NCBI GenBank assembly: GCA_964576435.1
Contig: CAZNUP010000001.1
Location: 535,551 to 599,550, forward strand
Direction: 5' to 3'
Source of the DNA: an uncultured Gammaproteobacteria bacterium
Lineage (GTDB): Bacteria; Patescibacteriota; Microgenomatia; JAMCZE01
DNA length: 64,000 nucleotides
Part shown: piece by piece, positions 28,174-37,839 of the stretch
Position numbering within the stretch: position 1 is the stretch's first letter
Layout of the letters: each line of letters starts with the position of its first letter
Notes under the pieces: generated by a model
The model's database searches: none
What the model saw: the letters and a program-made list of their open reading frames with translations, nothing else
What the model was told of the DNA's origin: nothing
Position numbers and translations under genes: made by a program

Positions 28174-29061
28174 CTATTTTGATATAAGCAATTTAGTCCA
28201 ATTACGAGCTTCATGGGCAACTTTATTTTCATCACCACTAAAACTATGTAAAGCATCTTTAATAGTCACTGATTTGTAGTCTGCACTTTTATTATTTTTC
28301 TTAAACCACTCTTCAATCTCTTCAATTGGCCGATCTTGATATTCATCCTTTTGGGCAAAAATGGTTAGCATTGGAATTGTTACTTTCTGAAAATATCGTG
28401 TCTTAGAATTTATTTCAAAATATGGAAATATTTGATTCTCAACACTTCCGGGTGTATTCAAACTAATAAATCTTTGAGCATCAAGAAGTTCAGGTGAGAT
28501 TGTATCTGGAAGTAACTCATGACTCTTACCCTCTTTTATGAATTTTCTTGCTAACACTTCTGCTTTCTTAAGTTTTTGTGGATCATCAAACTTTTTAGCG
28601 TAAGCATAGTCACTCATTGGGCACATAAGAATTACACCCCTAATATGTTTCTGCCTATTTTCATGGCTTAAATAATAAATAGATTTCTGGCATCCCGTTG
28701 AATGTCCAACTAGGACAATTTCTTCAACACCGCGACCTTTCAAAAAATTTACTACTCCATCAATATCATCAATGCATTCTTCAAATACCTCGTGAGCCTG
28801 ACCAATAAATTCAGATTTGTATCCTTTACGGGTGTTTTCCAACCTATGAAATTTCGCAATTGATTCAGAGCCACGATTACTAAAGTAAATTACGGCCAAG
28901 CCTTCATTAGCCAGTGGAACAGTTAACTCGTGTTGAGAAAATGCAGATGAAGTTAATCCGTGAACAAAAACCAATGCCCTCTTGGCATTTTTTCCACCAA
29001 ACCACAATCCTTTAAGGATAAGTCTGGTTGGCGTTTCAAATTCTATACTTTCTGTGTTCAT
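28174..29061 (-). CDS. alpha/beta hydrolase
   Basis: GHSTGCQ nucleophile elbow. Confidence 0.65.
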   Translation of the reverse strand: MNTESIEFETPTRLILKGLWFGGKNAKRALVFVHGLTSSAFSQHELTVPLANEGLAVIYFSNRGSESIAKFHRLENTRKGYKSEFIGQAHEVFEECIDDIDGVVNFLKGRGVEEIVLVGHSTGCQKSIYYLSHENRQKHIRGVILMCPMSDYAYAKKFDDPQKLKKAEVLARKFIKEGKSHELLPDTISPELLDAQRFISLNTPGSVENQIFPYFEINSKTRYFQKVTIPMLTIFAQKDEYQDRPIEEIEEWFKKNNKSADYKSVTIKDALHSFSGDENKVAHEARNWTKLLISK

Positions 29062-29064
29062 AGG

Positions 29065-29136
29065 AGCCGAAGGTGAGAATCGAACTCACGACCCAGTCTT
29101 TACGAAAGACTTGCTCTACCACTGAGCCACTTCGGC
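29065..29136 (-). tRNA. tRNA-Thr (anticodon CGT)
   Basis: Reverse complement is GCCGAAGTGGCTCAGTGGTAGAGCAAGTCTTTCGTAAAGACTGGGTCGTGAGTTCGATTCTCACCTTCGGCT. Canonical cloverleaf with anticodon loop TTCGTAA. Confidence 0.9.
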
Positions 29137-29175
29137 AATTATTACCTAATTTTAACAAATATAGGTTAAACTAGA

Positions 29176-29859
29176 GTGATGCAAAAGAAATACACTTTAT
29201 TGCTTTTGGGTACCGGTTTAATTATTGCTATATTTCTGTTAAAAAAAACTTCAACTCCAGAAGTGGTAAAACAAGTTTCTAATATAACTGCAACACCAAC
29301 TGAATTTGTTTCACAAGAGAAGTCTTCTGATTATTTTTACCCTCTAACCAATTATTCCTCACGCATAAATGTTCGCAAGTTTGGCCAATATTTTGGTCCC
29401 AATGACCCGAAACCAAATATGGTTTGTGGACGTGTTTTTGTAGGGTTTCATGATGGCGACGATCTGGAAGTAACCGATGCCGAACAAAATTCAGATGTTC
29501 CAGTATACGCAGTAGCTACAGGAAAAATCCTCCAAGTGGGAAATGTCGACGGTTATGGCGGACTCCTAGTTCAGCAAGCAGAAATTAATGGGGAACCGGT
29601 CACTATTTATTATGGTCACATTGGCCTTGATTCCGTCTCTAAAAAAGCAGGGGATGAACTTGAAGCAGGTGAAATAATTGGAAACTTGGGTAAAGGTTGT
29701 TCCGAAGAGACTGACAACGAAAGAAAGCATCTTCACTTTGCTGTTAAGAAAGGAACTGGGGTGGATGTTCGTGGTTATGTACCATCCGCCGATATTTTGT
29801 CGTCCTGGAAAAACCCAAGTAACCTACTTGTAGAAATTAAAGCCTCAAATTTGAAATAG
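29176..29859 (+). CDS. M23 family metallopeptidase (LytM-like)
   Basis: TM anchor; HIGLD…HLHFAV metal-binding motifs. Confidence 0.65.
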   Translation: MMQKKYTLLLLGTGLIIAIFLLKKTSTPEVVKQVSNITATPTEFVSQEKSSDYFYPLTNYSSRINVRKFGQYFGPNDPKPNMVCGRVFVGFHDGDDLEVTDAEQNSDVPVYAVATGKILQVGNVDGYGGLLVQQAEINGEPVTIYYGHIGLDSVSKKAGDELEAGEIIGNLGKGCSEETDNERKHLHFAVKKGTGVDVRGYVPSADILSSWKNPSNLLVEIKASNLK

Positions 29860-29896
29860 AGCTTGACAGCGATAATCTCGCAAATATAATTATAGG

Positions 29897-30292
29897 ATGT
29901 TATCGCGATCAAGTAACAAACCTGATTATTCCGATCGTCCATTTGTACCTAATGACATGGCTATTAACATGGCCGAAGGCAAGCTTCTAGAAAACAATTT
30001 GGTAAAACTTTCTATAGAACGAATTAAAGGGAGCCGGTTAAAATTTGTTCACTATGGTCTTTATGTAGACAGTGGGTTTCTCAGTTCGTTTGTATTTCAT
30101 GCCCTGCCCGCAACCTTAGCTGGAGCAAATATTGCCGAAATGTTAAAGCTGCATACTCGATCAGAAAATATAGTATTCGACTGGGGCATTTTGGTTGATG
30201 ACTCTCCCAAAAGCCAAAGGATTGAAATTTTACCGGGTGATATATTTGTCGATTTATTACAAAATTCTGTTGACTTGAAGAAAATAAGATAG
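29897..30292 (+). CDS. hypothetical protein (131 aa)
   Basis: ORF only. Confidence 0.35.
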   Translation: MLSRSSNKPDYSDRPFVPNDMAINMAEGKLLENNLVKLSIERIKGSRLKFVHYGLYVDSGFLSSFVFHALPATLAGANIAEMLKLHTRSENIVFDWGILVDDSPKSQRIEILPGDIFVDLLQNSVDLKKIR

Positions 30293-30293
30293 T

Positions 30294-31463
30294 CTAGCGG
30301 TCTTCAAAAAATTTCCTTCCTTTGAGTTTTTCTGGCAAAAAACCTTTGCCTTCTAAAGGTCCCACATGTTTCTCACTCCATTCATAATTTTTTGCATAAC
30401 CTAAATTTTTCATTAATTTTGTTGGTGCATTTCTAAGGTGTAGTGGGATTAGTTCATTTGGAAATTCATAAACTGCCTCTTTTGCCCTACTTAATGCATT
30501 AGCTACCGCTCTCGACTTCTTAGCAAGAGCTAGATAAAGTGTTCCGTGAGCAAGTGTTAGTTGTGCTTCAGGCATTCCAATTTTTGAAACGGCTTCAAAA
30601 CATTCATTGGCTTGTATAAGTGCCCCGCGATCAGCAAGTCCAATATCTTCAGAAGCTAAAATAATCATCCGTCTAGCTATAAACTTAGGATCTTCGCCAT
30701 TTTCCAGCATCCTTGCTAAGTAATACAAAGCTGCATCAGGATCAGATCCACGAACACTTTTAATGTATGCGCTAATTATGTTGTAATGCTCATCAGCCTT
30801 TTTGTCATAAAGCCCGGCTGATCTTGTCTGAAAAACCTCTTTAATCGTTTCAACAGAAATTTCCTCCTCTTTAAAAGTCGATGCCGAAAGTTCCATGGCA
30901 TTTAAAATAATTCTTGCATCTCCTCCAGAAAGTCTAATTAAGAGTTCTTTAGCTTCAGGTACTATTTTCTTTTTAAGCTCTTTAGATCCTCGGTCAATTA
31001 TCTTAGAAAGGTCTTCTTCCTCAAGTCCTTGGAGAACAAATACTCTAGATCTAGAGAGTAGTGGGCTAATTACTTCAAAAGACGGATTTTCTGTAGTTGC
31101 ACCAATAAGAGTAATTAGTCCACTTTCAACATGGGGAAGAAGTACATCTTGCTGAGCTTTATTCCATCTATGAATTTCATCAATAAAAAGAATAGTCCTC
31201 CCTGGTTTTGCTTTTTTAACGATTGTCAAAAGATCGTCTTTTCCTGAAGTTACTCCAGATAGTTCATAGAAATCAGAGTCGGTTTCTGATGCAATTATTC
31301 GGGCCAGTGTGGTTTTCCCAGATCCAGGAGGTCCCCAAAAGATCATGGAGAAGGGTTTTCCTGATTCAATAATGCGGTCAATAATTTTACCCTGACCAAC
31401 TAAGTGTGTTTGTCCAAAGAACTCCGACAAATTCTTAGGCCGAAGTGACGAAGCCAAATTCAT
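30294..31463 (-). CDS. rarA: replication-associated recombination protein A (AAA+ ATPase)
   Basis: Walker A GPPGSGKTTLARIIA, Walker B ILFIDEIHRWNK and MgsA C-terminal helices. Confidence 0.85.
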   Translation of the reverse strand: MNLASSLRPKNLSEFFGQTHLVGQGKIIDRIIESGKPFSMIFWGPPGSGKTTLARIIASETDSDFYELSGVTSGKDDLLTIVKKAKPGRTILFIDEIHRWNKAQQDVLLPHVESGLITLIGATTENPSFEVISPLLSRSRVFVLQGLEEEDLSKIIDRGSKELKKKIVPEAKELLIRLSGGDARIILNAMELSASTFKEEEISVETIKEVFQTRSAGLYDKKADEHYNIISAYIKSVRGSDPDAALYYLARMLENGEDPKFIARRMIILASEDIGLADRGALIQANECFEAVSKIGMPEAQLTLAHGTLYLALAKKSRAVANALSRAKEAVYEFPNELIPLHLRNAPTKLMKNLGYAKNYEWSEKHVGPLEGKGFLPEKLKGRKFFEDR

Positions 31464-31521
31464 GAGGGGATTGTAACACAGACAAAAAATGTAATCATAA
31501 TATCACTGCTATAATTTATTT

Positions 31522-33768
31522 ATGTCGAATCTACAAGGCGAACCTAAGTTAGAAAATTCGCAATCAGAAGCAAACTCCTTGCAAAAGGCTCTTGTAAAAG
31601 CCAGATGGGCAGTAGCGGTTGCATTTGTTCTTGTCCCGCCGGCAGCCGGTTTAGTTGCTGCTGAAATGAGATATGGCCCCAAAGATTTAGCTCCTCATAA
31701 TTTTATAGCCAGGTTATTAGATGGTGAAAGTCCAAGAAATGCCGTAGTTAACACTATTTTAGACTCTAACATTCAACCTGAAGCTCAAACAGCCGCTGCA
31801 TCTTGGTTTAGAAGTGTTAAAGATCTAAACACCTCCTCAGTTAGTGCGCTGTTTTCTGGGGTTTTAGCATCACCCATAGAACTAGATAAGGTAGTTATGG
31901 AAGAAGACCCTAAAGCACAAAAAAATATCGCCACAGAATTTCTTATGAACCAAACGCGTTCACTACGTTTCTATCAACTCACCGAGAGTTCAAGTTTTCA
32001 GGAACAATTTACGCACGTCAAAGATCACCAGAAAACACCATTAGACAAGCTTCACGATTCTCAAACGCCAGAATATTACAATGAATATATAGCGCTCTTA
32101 AAATCTAAAAATCAATCCGGCAAAGCTGAAAGTCTCAGGCAAGCGATAGAACAATTTCCACCTAATGAGAAAGAATATCTCCGCCGTATTTCTGGTTACT
32201 TATATCTAAATGAGCAAGCTAATTTGCCGACAAATGTAGACCCGCTTATAGAAATCATAAATAAAATTAGTACGTATTCTCAAGCTGAAAGACGGCTTTT
32301 AGAAACAACTCTTTTGGAAGATGGATTTTATTTTTCTTTTGGATATGACCCGAGTTTAGTCATTAATTATGCAGATTGGTTGTCAAATCACAAAGTTTAC
32401 GGCTCATATTTAGATGTGAATGGTGAGGTTTCATATTTCAAACCATTACAAAATATGTTCTCCGATATCGCATTCAGTGTGTCGGGCTCCCCAGAGCCCA
32501 TCGATCTATTATTAAATAACCCTCAAAATTACACTCCAGCCATTGAGTATTTCCGAGGCAAAATGCACGAAGATGAGCTAACAGCACTTTTGGCCTCTGC
32601 TAAGATTCTCGATATTATTTATTACCAAGAGCCTGAATCTATTAAGACTATGCCATCTGACGACACCCAATTTGAGTCCTGGCTTAAATCCAGACGGATA
32701 TATTCGTCCCTAGAAGGTATGAGCCCTGAAGTTCTCGTTACTTTTGCTCGTTCCAAAGGAATTCCATCACTTGATCGGCCTGAAACACAAAATCTTCTTG
32801 TAGAAGCTACTAAACTTGGAAAAGATTATCCCTGGATAAACTCTCAAAATATTTATGAGCTGTTTCTAACTTTCGACCCAAAGCAAGTTGAGCTACTTAT
32901 TAAAGTTGTTAACAACTACATATCATCTGAAGATATTTTAAACCTGACCCCCACAAAAAAAGATCAAATTGCAGACATATTGGTTGAAACTCTAGAGCGG
33001 GTCACGGCAGATATAATAACTGCTTCAGACTATGAAGCATACAATATTCATCCGAGTCCTGATTTTCTAAAAGAGGGAATTTTCGCTTTTAAAATAGATG
33101 ACTTGAGAGTTGTAAATAATCCGCCTCAAGCGCCTATAGAAGGAAAGGAGAAAAGTGACAAGCTTCGCTTCCAAGGTTCGTTTATCATGGAAGATCCAGA
33201 TAATGGATTTTTTGGGTTTGATACAAATGGCGAGCGTTATGGGGCTGAAGACTTTCATTTGTTTAAAAGCCACGAAACAAACACAATACCGGAAAAGTTA
33301 GATAGTCTTCATTTTTTGCTTATTAATTCCAAAGGTGAAAAGTTTGTGCGGCAGTTAACTTCTGAGGAAAAGAGTTTTTCGTCTGCAGATGAGGTTATGA
33401 CCAATCTTCAACAAGAAGGCTATGTTTATATGCAGCGTATCATCCCAGCTCTTACTCCCGAGGGTACGCTTAACAGTGATCGTTACGTTAAATATGTAAA
33501 TAGTTACGATTCACCCGCTATTTTATATATTTATGACAAAGGGTCATCCCGTATAAAAACTATGTATCTTTTTGTACTAGTTCAAGATGAAGTGTCAAAT
33601 GACCTAGAGAAGATAACCAAGATTTTAGGTCCTGATGAAGCTTTTAACTTTGCACTTTCTGATTATGGGCGAGGTAGTGGTTTTATTTTACCTGGCGATA
33701 AAAAGTTTTTGACGACAACACCTGATGCAACTAATTTAAGGGCTATCGAATTTGATCTGGATCAATAG
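31522..33768 (+). CDS. large hypothetical protein (748 aa) with N-terminal hydrophobic segment
   Basis: Long intact ORF; no recognisable catalytic motif. Confidence 0.5.
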   Translation: MSNLQGEPKLENSQSEANSLQKALVKARWAVAVAFVLVPPAAGLVAAEMRYGPKDLAPHNFIARLLDGESPRNAVVNTILDSNIQPEAQTAAASWFRSVKDLNTSSVSALFSGVLASPIELDKVVMEEDPKAQKNIATEFLMNQTRSLRFYQLTESSSFQEQFTHVKDHQKTPLDKLHDSQTPEYYNEYIALLKSKNQSGKAESLRQAIEQFPPNEKEYLRRISGYLYLNEQANLPTNVDPLIEIINKISTYSQAERRLLETTLLEDGFYFSFGYDPSLVINYADWLSNHKVYGSYLDVNGEVSYFKPLQNMFSDIAFSVSGSPEPIDLLLNNPQNYTPAIEYFRGKMHEDELTALLASAKILDIIYYQEPESIKTMPSDDTQFESWLKSRRIYSSLEGMSPEVLVTFARSKGIPSLDRPETQNLLVEATKLGKDYPWINSQNIYELFLTFDPKQVELLIKVVNNYISSEDILNLTPTKKDQIADILVETLERVTADIITASDYEAYNIHPSPDFLKEGIFAFKIDDLRVVNNPPQAPIEGKEKSDKLRFQGSFIMEDPDNGFFGFDTNGERYGAEDFHLFKSHETNTIPEKLDSLHFLLINSKGEKFVRQLTSEEKSFSSADEVMTNLQQEGYVYMQRIIPALTPEGTLNSDRYVKYVNSYDSPAILYIYDKGSSRIKTMYLFVLVQDEVSNDLEKITKILGPDEAFNFALSDYGRGSGFILPGDKKFLTTTPDATNLRAIEFDLDQ

Positions 33769-34228
33769 AATGTTAAGTGTGACTAAAAAATCTGCCGGCG
33801 TTTTACTTTATCGATTTAATGGGGGTGAAATAGAATTTTTTCTTGTCCACCCAGGTGGCCCACTTTTTTTCAATAAAGACGACGGGGTGTGGTCCATTCC
33901 TAAAGGCGAGTTTGAAGACGAAACACCAATAGAGGCGGCAAAAAGAGAGTTTTTTGAAGAAACTGGAGTTAAAATAGAAGGTAATCTTATTGAACTTAAA
34001 CCCGGAAAACAAAAAAATGGCAAACTGGTTTATGCGTTTGCAAAAGAGCAAAATTTCGATACAACTAAGCTTAAAAGTAATACATTTAAAATATTCGGTA
34101 AAGAATTTCCCGAAGTTGATAGGGCAGAGTGGTTTAAAAAAGATATTGCAGTTAAAAAAATTGTTCCTGGGCAAGATGCAATTATTCTAGAGCTAGTAGA
34201 AATGATAAAATCTGAAAAGAATAGATGA
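33752..34228 (+). CDS. NUDIX hydrolase
   Basis: Nudix box GEFEDETPIEAAKREFFEETGV. Confidence 0.8.
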   Translation: MIWINRMLSVTKKSAGVLLYRFNGGEIEFFLVHPGGPLFFNKDDGVWSIPKGEFEDETPIEAAKREFFEETGVKIEGNLIELKPGKQKNGKLVYAFAKEQNFDTTKLKSNTFKIFGKEFPEVDRAEWFKKDIAVKKIVPGQDAIILELVEMIKSEKNR

Positions 34229-34653
34229 ATATCTTGATGTTCTTGACGAGCAGGGAGTAAAAACCGGACTAAAGAAACTCCAAAAACAGATTCACAAAGA
34301 TGGGGACTGGCACGCCTGCATTCACATTTGGATTAAAAACTCCAAAAACCAAGTTCTTCTTCAAAAACGATCCTCTAATGTTTTAACTTATCTTGGGCTT
34401 TGGGCTATTCAGCTGGTGGCATGTAGCACCTGGAGAAACTAACGAGGAGGCTATTATTAGAGAAGTTTTTGAAACGAGCGTATCTTTCAAAGAAAATGAA
34501 ATTAAATTGATTTTTAAAGATATAAATCAAGCAATCAAAGACAACAATCAAATTGATTATGTGTATATCGTAAATAAGGATTTAGACCTAAACGCAATAA
34601 AAATTGATCCAGAAGTTGAAGAATTTATTTGGATTGATATAGGGAGCTTTTAA
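34225..34653 (+). pseudogene. IDI-like NUDIX hydrolase broken by single-nucleotide frameshifts
   Basis: Frame A reads EYLDVLDEQG…HKDGDWHACIHIWIKNSKNQVLLQKRS…GLW. Then YSAGG is in a second frame. Then HVAPGETNEEAIIREVFE…EEFIWI is in a third frame. Single missing G/C bases at about 34227, 34407 and 34423 would restore one ORF. Confidence 0.55.
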
Positions 34654-34694
34654 GATGAAAAACTCGGCCTAAATCTCCATTGTAGCGTGGAATC

Positions 34695-35699
34695 TTACTT
34701 TCCTACTCCAGCCAGGTAAAACTCTTTAGTCGTGTCCTCAATCTTTTTTGTAATTTTGGGGAAAGGATAATATACAACAAACACGGCAATAACGATGCCA
34801 ACCAAATTATATGCCACTCTTTGTATGGCAATGAGTGGCCCTTGGCTCATATCATTTAACGAATACAAAACAATAATCGTGGCCGTGTAAAAAAATACGG
34901 TTTTTCCAATCGTCGTTTTGGAAAAAAGCGCTTGCATAACCCCGTAAAGGTATCCCAGCAAAATTAAGACTCCTGCGCTGGAGATGAAAAAGAACGTAAC
35001 AATTGCCAAAAATGATCCTCCAATTGTCCCGACGATTCTGCTTTTTGCGCGTTTCTTACTCTCCTCCTCATTAAATCTCACAATGCTGCCAACTGCTGAC
35101 ACAGGCCACCCATATTTAACAAAGCCAAACAAGTTTGCGACAGTGAGTGCGATTGTTGTGCCGATGCCAAGTCTGACTCCGGTGATGAAGTTTTGCTCTG
35201 GCTCCAAAACTTTCATATTCGATAAGTTCACGCCTTTCCAAATTGCAGGCAGCGAAATAATTCCGCACCACAGGAAAATTAGAATAAATGCCAGAGAATT
35301 TGATTGTGCTTTTTCTGGCGTGCTGGCGTTCAAACCCGCACTATAAAGTGTGATGAAAGTAAACGCCAGTGGAGTCATCATTTTATAACCGCTGATGAGG
35401 CCGACCGAAACAGAAACCATGAATGTCACAAAAAGTGACAACCATGGGTTGGGTGCAATCGTTCCACCCAAAAGATAAAACCCCATGCCGACCCCGAGAA
35501 GCACAAAAAGATTCAAAATTCTGCCAATCCCTCTTTCCGGAAGCGGCATCATGCTATAAAAAAAACCACCCTGTCCAAACGGCACAACCAGTGAGCTATA
35601 GCCGGCAAAATAAGCAATTGCCATTGGTAGCATGCAAATGGTCGCGCGTGTAGCCCCGTTCCATTCAAAATCAATTTGCGACAGTTTGGAAAACATCAC
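34695..35699 (-). CDS. integral membrane protein (FUSC/aromatic-acid-exporter-like)
   Basis: About 9 TM helices. Confidence 0.45.
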   Translation of the reverse strand: MMFSKLSQIDFEWNGATRATICMLPMAIAYFAGYSSLVVPFGQGGFFYSMMPLPERGIGRILNLFVLLGVGMGFYLLGGTIAPNPWLSLFVTFMVSVSVGLISGYKMMTPLAFTFITLYSAGLNASTPEKAQSNSLAFILIFLWCGIISLPAIWKGVNLSNMKVLEPEQNFITGVRLGIGTTIALTVANLFGFVKYGWPVSAVGSIVRFNEEESKKRAKSRIVGTIGGSFLAIVTFFFISSAGVLILLGYLYGVMQALFSKTTIGKTVFFYTATIIVLYSLNDMSQGPLIAIQRVAYNLVGIVIAVFVVYYPFPKITKKIEDTTKEFYLAGVGK

Positions 35700-35726
35700 C
35701 GGAAGTATAGCACCAGCACTAAAGAT

Positions 35727-37256
35727 TTAATACGCAAAACTTTTGTTAACCGAATTTCCGTTTTTTGGGGTCACGCCTTTGAGAGAATTGCTCCAGTTCC
35801 CGGGCATGCACCCATTCTGACCCCGGATGGCATAATAATATGTCGTATTTGGCTGCAAGTCATTAACCGTGAAACTTAGCACGCCAGTGGTGGAATTATA
35901 GTTCACCTGTGTGCCAAACCTGTTATCACCAGGTGTCAATCCAAATGTCAGAAAATAGCTTGTCACATTGGCAATGGGGGCAAAATAGATGGTTGCTTTT
36001 GTCGAACTGGAATTGACTTGAAACAGATCAGGTGCCCCAACAGGAACTGACGAAGTGCAAGTTGGTGCGGACGGTGACCCTCCGCCTGACGAAGGTGCAG
36101 GCGTCGGAGTTGGTGTCGGCGTCGGTTCCGCCACCTCATAGGCAAATTTAAGATAGTTGTTCGTTGAATCCCAATAGCCAATTCTGCCAAGTTCAGATGA
36201 GTTCAGTGCCAAGGAGGAGTGTTGCCCGACATTTCCACTGGAATCGACTGTTGTAATCGTGGCTGTGCTGCAAGCCTCATCTGTGCACTGAGCAAATTTT
36301 AAATCGCCATTTGTAATATCGTAATAGCTGATTCGGCCAAATCCATCGCTGCCCAGGGCAAGAGATGTATACGTGCCAACATCTCCCGTCGAGTCGACTG
36401 TGTTAATCACACTTGTCGAACATGCAGCATCTGTGCACTGGACAAACTTCAAATCGCCATTTGTTATGTCATAATAGCTAATTCTTCCAAAACCATCACT
36501 TCCAAGTGCTAAGGAAGTGTATTGCCCAGTGTTGTCTGCAGATTCAACAGTCGTCAAAACGTTTGTTGAACATGCATCATTTGTGCATTGGGCAAATTTT
36601 AAATTCGCGAAATCATCGTAATAACTAATTCTTGCAAACCCATCGCTTGCCATCTCAATTGAACTGTAATAGCCGACTTGAGCAGAGTCAACAATAGTTT
36701 TAACATTTGTCGAGCAAGCAGCGTTTGTGCACTGCACAAACTTGAGGTCAAACCCAGTGAACGCGCTATAACTAATTCTCGCAAACCCGTCGCTGCCAAT
36801 AGCAATAGACGTAAATGTGCCAACGCTTCCTGTGGAATCAACTGTTGTCAAAACATTAGTTGAACACGAAGCGTTAGTGCACTGTGCAAATTTTAAGTCG
36901 GCATTATCATTGTCATAGTAGGAAATTCGTGCAAACCCGTCATTCCCCATAGTGATTGATGTATACGCTCCAACATTTCCAGATGTGTCAACTGAAGTGA
37001 TGACTTTAGTTGAACAATCGTTGTTCGTGCACTGCACAAACATTAAATCTCCATTGTCGCTATCTTTATAGGAAAGTCTTCCGAATCCATCGCTCCCAAG
37101 AGTAAGTGCCGAATATGCTCCAAACCCCGAGCCAACTGAAGTAATAGTGGTGTTTGACCACGTGGAAGCTGCAACTGCTTGCTGTGCGGACGCCAACAAA
37201 GAAATGCTAATACAAACAACAACCAAAAGCGCAATAATTTTTTTCATACAACACAT
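35727..37256 (-). CDS. secreted tandem-repeat protein: 8 x ~44-aa Cys-pair repeats, PT linker, C-terminal FN3-like domain
   Basis: Signal peptide. Repeat unit is [DN]LKF[AV]QCT[ND]xxCST.V.TTVDS.G.VG.YTS.A.GSDGF.RISYYD. Then EPTPTPTPTPAP, then a beta-sandwich-like tail. Confidence 0.6.
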   Translation of the reverse strand: MCCMKKIIALLVVVCISISLLASAQQAVAASTWSNTTITSVGSGFGAYSALTLGSDGFGRLSYKDSDNGDLMFVQCTNNDCSTKVITSVDTSGNVGAYTSITMGNDGFARISYYDNDNADLKFAQCTNASCSTNVLTTVDSTGSVGTFTSIAIGSDGFARISYSAFTGFDLKFVQCTNAACSTNVKTIVDSAQVGYYSSIEMASDGFARISYYDDFANLKFAQCTNDACSTNVLTTVESADNTGQYTSLALGSDGFGRISYYDITNGDLKFVQCTDAACSTSVINTVDSTGDVGTYTSLALGSDGFGRISYYDITNGDLKFAQCTDEACSTATITTVDSSGNVGQHSSLALNSSELGRIGYWDSTNNYLKFAYEVAEPTPTPTPTPAPSSGGGSPSAPTCTSSVPVGAPDLFQVNSSSTKATIYFAPIANVTSYFLTFGLTPGDNRFGTQVNYNSTTGVLSFTVNDLQPNTTYYYAIRGQNGCMPGNWSNSLKGVTPKNGNSVNKSFAY

Positions 37257-37278
37257 TCAGTGTAGCATATTAAGAGAG

Positions 37279-37349
37279 GGAGCGGGATAAGGGAATTGAA
37301 CCCTCTTCTCGTCCTTGGGAAGGACGCATACTACCGGTGTACTAATCCC
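37279..37349 (-). tRNA. tRNA-Gly (anticodon CCC)
   Basis: Reverse complement is GCGGGATTAGTACACCGGTAGTATGCGTCCTTCCCAAGGACGAGAAGAGGGTTCAATTCCCTTATCCCGCT. Cloverleaf with anticodon loop TTCCCAA. Confidence 0.9.
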
Positions 37350-37450
37350 GCTTAAGAGTAATTTGTCGCGTAGTGTATTATACAAAATAATTTCAGCTTT
37401 GCCTTCGCACGCCCTTCGAAGTATCATCTCCTCGGTCACACAGACTAAGC

Positions 37451-37834
37451 ATGGAAAAAATCCTTCACCATCACGCTCGACTTTTCGACGAATTCGCAAA
37501 CCAGGCGGCAATGAAACCTGATCTCAAAGAAGTCACTGCGTTAGTGCGGCGCCACATTATACCCAGAATGGAACAGGCACTTATGCCAGATGGAAGTGAA
37601 AAAAAATATCCATTTCTATCAGACGCATCAGAGAAAAATAGATTTATTGCAGGCATAACGCGTGCAGCATTTAGTTATTACCGTGGAGAAAGCGAAATTA
37701 TTCCTGACTGGTCAGGTGTCGTCCCAAATCTGGATACAATTTGCCAAAGTTGTGGCAACTTACAAGGGTCAAAGTGTGAACTAGTGGAAAAATTGCGAGC
37801 TCTTGCAGTTGGATTTGACACAGGGGAAGATTAA
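37451..37834 (+). CDS. hypothetical protein (127 aa)
   Basis: ORF only. Confidence 0.35.
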   Translation: MEKILHHHARLFDEFANQAAMKPDLKEVTALVRRHIIPRMEQALMPDGSEKKYPFLSDASEKNRFIAGITRAAFSYYRGESEIIPDWSGVVPNLDTICQSCGNLQGSKCELVEKLRALAVGFDTGED

Positions 37835-37839
37835 GCACA

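Noticed and set aside
37257-37521. ORFs 37257-37511 (-) and 37315-37521 (+) in the track.
   Set aside because: They overlap tRNA-Gly(CCC) at 37279-37349 and its flanks, and the translations are arginine/proline-rich nonsense.
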